Source of the DNA: the human T2T-CHM13v2.0 reference genome, Homo sapiens
Assembly: GCF_009914755.1 (NCBI RefSeq)
Contig: NC_060925.1
DNA: 64,000 nucleotides
Reading direction: 5' to 3' (one strand)
Shown here: one piece after another, positions 58,419 to 64,000 of the stretch
Layout of the letters: the number at the start of each line of letters is the position of its first letter
Numbering within the stretch: the first letter of the stretch is position 1
Made by a program: the position numbers and the translations under genes
The notes under the pieces: model-generated
Seen by the model: the letters and a program-made list of their open reading frames with translations, nothing else
Told to the model about the DNA's origin: nothing
The model's database searches: none

Positions 58419-61089
58419 TCCTCCATTTTCAGGAAGAGTTTAGTAATATTATCTGACTGAGTACTTAGCACTAATTCCACGAATAGATCAGTGATCATGA
58501 AATAGTTAAAGAACAAAGATAATATGACATGGTTAAATTATAGAGTGGTGCTTTTTTTTTTTTTTTTTTAGAATCAGAAAGATTTTTGGTGGAGGCCTCA
58601 GGCTAGATATTGCTCTACTCTAAATTCTGAGGAGTCTTTTGGAATCCTATTCACTGCAATTGCCACAGAGGGAAGATAACATGATTTTACACATTGTCTT
58701 TCCAAGGAACATGCACCAGCTTTTGCAAAGATACGTGTGGCAGCTGAAAAAGACTGAGGAGCTGAAAGTTTGGACCTTCTCTTTTCCTGACAAGGACACT
58801 TTCTAGCTCAAGTGCCTGTCTTTCCCAGCACTGAGCAGTTTACCCATGTGTTCTTGAATTGATCTTTCTCCTCCACCACACTCCATGAGGACTGATGTCC
58901 TGACACAGGGTAGATGCTCAATAAATATTTGTTAAGTGACTCAATAAATGCTGAGCAGTTGCTGACATGGAGGCTGAGAATTCTCTATGTTGGCGTATCA
59001 ATCTTAATAAAGGAAATGACCAACCTGGTCTAAATGCTTATGGACTGTACACTAGCATGTGCAATACTGCAAGGGATCAGAAGTCAGGTACCAGGAGAAT
59101 GAGCATAGATTTAACTCAGCTTCCAAGTGCAAAGAAATTTTAGTTTATCCCAGATCCCATATTGTACTTAGATTTGTATATTAATTGTAGCCTATTGTCT
59201 ATGGCCATATCTATATTTAAATTATTTAGCTTACTCAGTATATTTCATTACACAACATGCTATTAGCCATTCTAAATTGTTTTCCCTTTTTAGAAAAAAG
59301 CATCTGAATTGTAAAGATTGTTTCTAGTATGGCTTATAAGTTCTAAAATGGATGGAGCTGTGTCCAGGTAGTCAGAGAGGGAAGAATCCAAGGTAAATAA
59401 CATCTCTCCCAGAGTCTACCTGAGCAGGATCTTAGCCCAATTGGGTGATCTTCACCTACACAAACACCTTGCACACAGTTAACACTCAATAAATATTTGC
59501 TGAATTGAATGGGAAAGTTCTATATAGGTAGTGGCCATGGAACAGAAAGGCTAATTCACACCGGGCCCAGAAATGCAGACTGATCACCAGCTGAATATAT
59601 CTGAACAACTCATTAAAAACCAGGGGAAATGCAGAAGAGTATTTCTTCCCTACCCCATTACTCTGTGGGAAATATAAATGAAATAGATCATTTACATAAC
59701 GGCATAATGTGCCTAGATATAACAGATTATTTGCATAACTGCATAATGCCACTAATCAGGGAAAAAGCCTTAAATATTTCTGGGATATGAACATACAGAA
59801 TTATAGAAGGTATGCATATCAACCAATAATCAGAGCCTTCTCTTTTTTGTAACTTGTATCCCAATAGGGAGAAACAAATCTTCTACAGAAGTGAATGAAC
59901 CACCCCAGCAGCAAGAAGTGAAGCTGGGCATGCTTGGAAGACATAAAACGACATAATCTGGGTTCAGTTTCTCCAAACCACCGTTCTTTCCTGCATAACG
60001 AGCAACTAATAGGGACCTGGTTAGTAGAATACAAGAGCAGAGCAAGGCCTTTTGAAAATAATTTCAGGGTGAGTAATAAGGAAGGAAGGACAAGGCTGTT
60101 CTCTTAGGTATCAATGCCTTACCTTTCTTGTTAATCATGATAGCACTTTGAGGCAATAGCAGGATAAGGGAAGGGAAAAGAAAGCATGGTTTAGTGGGCT
60201 TTAATATTTCCCCCCACCCATAACTAGAGTACCTATGCTGTTTTATATTTACTTTAGTGCAAAAGTTCTTTATCATGCACAACTCCACTGAGTTCATTAT
60301 ATTTTTTAATGTATCTCAGACTCATTTCAGATCCTGATTTCCCAGTACAAACTAGAGTAGCAAATATATAATTATTCTCATAAATAACTCAGCACCTTAT
60401 ATTTCAAACAAGTTTTCCCACAAGGCACAAGTGCCCTATATTAAATTCTTTTAAGTATAAGTTGATTAAGGTAAAAATTAGTTGTTATTACCTTATGGAC
60501 ATTTTAGTTTTAGCAGCAATTCAAAGCCAGGTCTATCACAAGTAGATTTGTTGCCGCCCACAGGTATAATCATCAGGAAAATTAATAATCATGTTCAGTA
60601 TGACTATAAATCATTGTGGTTTAGGCAATTGATTTCTGTAGAAAAATGAAAGATCTATAAGTATTATTACTGTGCAAACTACATGTTGTGAAAACCCAGA
60701 TCCAACATAGTCAAATTGCAAATGCAGGGTTTCTAATTTCAGAGTGTGATAATATGGGGTCATCAGAGGCAGGAAAGCTGACGATTCTGAATAAATAATG
60801 TGGTAATTTTTAGTGGTTTATGAATGTAGCTTTTAGTGCATACAGTATTCAGAACCTCTAACCCAAATGCAGTGGAAACAATTGCTAATTTCTAGAAAAG
60901 GCAGAGAAGCCACTAGAAGAAAATGAACACGGGGATGTTTGAATGAGTCTACCCTCATGGCTTGGCAAATATCCCGAGAATCATAATACAAGGCATGCTC
61001 CTTGCAGAATTGCTTCCAGAAGACTTCTTTTATTCTGATCTGTCTGTTTAGTGTGCAAAGTCAAAGGCCCCTAGTAAAAAATAGTTAAC

Positions 61090-61300
61090 ATCCATTCATT
61101 TGTGAATACCAATGGTATATCAGACAATCTCCTAGGCACTTATTTTTAAATTTAATTCTCACAACATTAAGTATGTATAATTATCTATATTAATATATGA
61201 GGAAATAGGCTTAGAATGGTTAAGCAATTTGTGAAAGTCAAAAAGCTGGGAGATGGTAGAGTCCCAATTCCAAACCCAACTGAGCGCCCAAAGTTTATGG
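61090..61300 (-). mobile_element. MIR SINE
   Basis: tttaattctcacaac..atgaggaaataggcttagaatggttaagcaattt. Confidence 0.65.
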
Positions 61301-61884
61301 CTTCCTTCTCTAAGCTCTTTGTGTTTTTTCCTTACCCTTCCTCTCTCCTTCTCTTTTCCTCTACCTTTTATGTGTCTGTTTTATTACTTTCTTGTTCAGA
61401 TTCTTTCCTTAATCTTCATGCTTTTGCCTTTTCATGTCTGAGGTCTCCTACCACGCCCATGAGCATTTTGTAGCCAATTAATGGCCCTTAGGCTCAAAAG
61501 ACTGCAGACGTTTTGTGCAATTATGGCATTGGTAGACGTGATGATTTCAGGAACAACTTCTTTTCCTTTTTAGTTTTAGGTGTTCTCTCTTTTTCCAAGC
61601 CTGTCTCAGTCTGTACTTGCCCCGTCGCATCCCACTTTATTACAATTTTCACTATAAGAAGGCATCAAGTCTTTGCTTTATTTGTGTATTACATATCCTA
61701 AGGTAGGCTCTGTCTTTATGGATTAAAGACATCATGCAAGTAAAAATGAAGAAGAAAACAGAGAAAAGAAGGAAGAAAGAAAAGAACAGTAAAGAGGAAG
61801 AAAGAAAGCAAGAAAGAAAAAAATTGTAGAATGACCCCCTCACATTAAAAAAGGTTGGTCACTTTCTAAAAGATTCACCATAGA

Positions 61885-62213
<329 letters not shown>

Positions 62214-62329
62214 GAGCCACCTCTGTTATTTGTTCGGTAACACCTTACCTTATAGAATACGACTTATAGCTAACAATATATTTACCTATCTAACTTATTT
62301 GACTCTCAAAACAACTGCATGGGGTGGGT

Positions 62330-62465
62330 AGAAAAAAGGCCTTATTTCGATTTTTCACTTGAGGAAAGAATTTAGACTCTAAGAGATTAAGTGACTTGCT
62401 TACGCCACACACAGAGAGGAGAGGTAGGAAAGGAACTCAAACCCAGGTCCTCTGACTCCACAGCT
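62330..62465 (-). mobile_element. MIR SINE
   Basis: agagattaagtgacttgct..ggaactcaaacccaggtcctctgactcca. Confidence 0.65.
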
Positions 62466-62599
62466 GCGGCTGGTTTGTTCAATTATAGGCACACACTGCT
62501 TCTTTGAGATTCTTGTCCTATTAGGTTAAAAATTAACCCAGCTTCTTTCCCCATATTTCTGTTGAAATTTATCTGATTAATGCAATCATAACCCTCCCA

Positions 62600-63680
62600 A
62601 TTATTCAATCCAATGGACACTGTTTAATCTTTACCTTACCTGATGTCTAGACTTTAGCGTCTAGGACTACACCTGAAATTTCTTCTGTGTTTCTAGAGAC
62701 TCTTTTCTGTCCTTTTTCTCCTCCTACATCTCAGATCATTCTTTCTCACTCTCTTTTACTGGTTTATCTTTCTTCTTTATACATTTAAATGTTAATGTAT
62801 TTTGGCCATTTCTCATTTATGCACACTTCCTGTAAAATCTTCTCTCCTCCTAAAGAGTCAACTAATGCTTATTTACTGAAGGCGAATGTATATTCATTCT
62901 TCTAGTCCAGATTTCTCCCCTTAGCTTCATGTCTACAGTTTCAACTACTAAATGGATATATTCATTTGAATATCAAACAAGCAACTCAAACTCAGTTATA
63001 TCCCAAACTAAACTTGTCATCCTCCCCACCAATTCCACTTTTCCATCTGCTTCTTACCTTAGTTAACAGTGCCACCATCCAGCAATACTCAGCCCGAAAT
63101 CAACCTTCAACAAAGGTGAATCACCGAGCTCTATTGGATCTATATTCTAAATATATCTGGTGTTTGTCCCTTCTTCATCCCTGCTAAAGTTCCTTTAGTT
63201 CAGGTCCTCGTTGCTTCTGCCTGAATTATTGCAATAGTCATTTAATCAGTTACCCTGCAATATGTCCATTCAGTCAATCTAATTGACGCACAGAAAAAAG
63301 AAGCCACAGGTTATGCCTGAGTCCTCAAGCACTAGCTACATTTTGATTTTCTACCCCCAATGAAGAAAGGGTATCAGGAGCATGGAGAAGCCTAACATGA
63401 GTGGGAAAGACATCATCATCTTGACTAAGTCTCTATGCAGAGAGACTTTTTTATCCAAAGCATGACCCCAAGCCATCCCCTAAACCCAACTACTGTGGTC
63501 CATAAGTGCTTATCATTTTTTACCTTGCTTTTTAGCACACAACACCTCTAAGCATTATGTTATTTATGTTCTTTATTGGATGTCTCCTCTACATTAACCT
63601 TCAAGACCTGAGGGATCCTGTCGTCTTCAGTACTATTTCTCAGGGCTGAGAAGAGTTCCTGGCTCATAGGAAGTGTGAGA
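62600..63680 (+). mobile_element. L2 ORF2/3' region relic
   Basis: ctagtccagatttctcccc..caactcaaactcagttatatcccaaactaaact..tagttcaggtcctc..cctgaattattgcaatagt. Confidence 0.65.
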
Positions 63681-63686
63681 GAAATG

Positions 63687-64000
63687 TGTATCAGTTGACA
63701 TCCCTTCAGAAACAGAAAGGACACTTAAACTGGACAATTAAAGAAGATTTAATAGGGGGCCATTTTCCAAGGTGTGGACAGAGTTTAGGCAAAGTGACAA
63801 AAGGTCAGGTGGTCCTGTAGGCTGGTAACAGCCAGAAGCACTTCCACCCCTTGGTGAAGGGGTGAGGGAGGAAATCATGGAGAAGGCCGGAACTGGGAGG
63901 AAAAGCTGATAAGAGAAGCACATGACTGGAGCTGTGGCCTGCAGTAGAGGAAAAAACCAACCTGCAGTGGGAGCCAATCCAGCAGAGAAAGTGAGAGGAA
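63687..64000 (-). mobile_element. Ancient ERV LTR (ERVL-like), runs off the window
   Basis: tgtatcag..cagaaacagaaaggacacttaaact..tttaatagggg..caaggtgtggacagagtttagg. Confidence 0.5.

Overview
Primate (human-like) non-coding genomic DNA. It is AT-rich and CpG-poor, with no recognisable host protein-coding exon, RNA gene or CpG island. Roughly 40-50% is interspersed repeat. The main elements are an ERV9/LTR12 solo LTR (13705-14734, 4-bp TSD), a MER1A with a perfect 8-bp TSD, a near-complete MaLR provirus (23233-25920) and a ~7.3-kb ancient L1 (25922-33260). There are also L1PA 3' fragments, about 11 Alus (one from the AluYd lineage), MaLR solo LTRs, MIR/L2 relics and four (TG)n tracts. The only ORFs with recognisable products are L1 ORF1/ORF2 remnants; the rest look spurious. 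L1/Alu orientation is strongly biased to the minus strand and all (TG)n tracts lie on the plus strand, which suggests (inference only) an intron of a plus-strand transcription unit. Repeat-free blocks hold motif-dense enhancer candidates. I find no evidence for a genuinely new biological system; the findings are local structural or regulatory hypotheses. Subfamily calls come from remembered consensus features, not from a database search.
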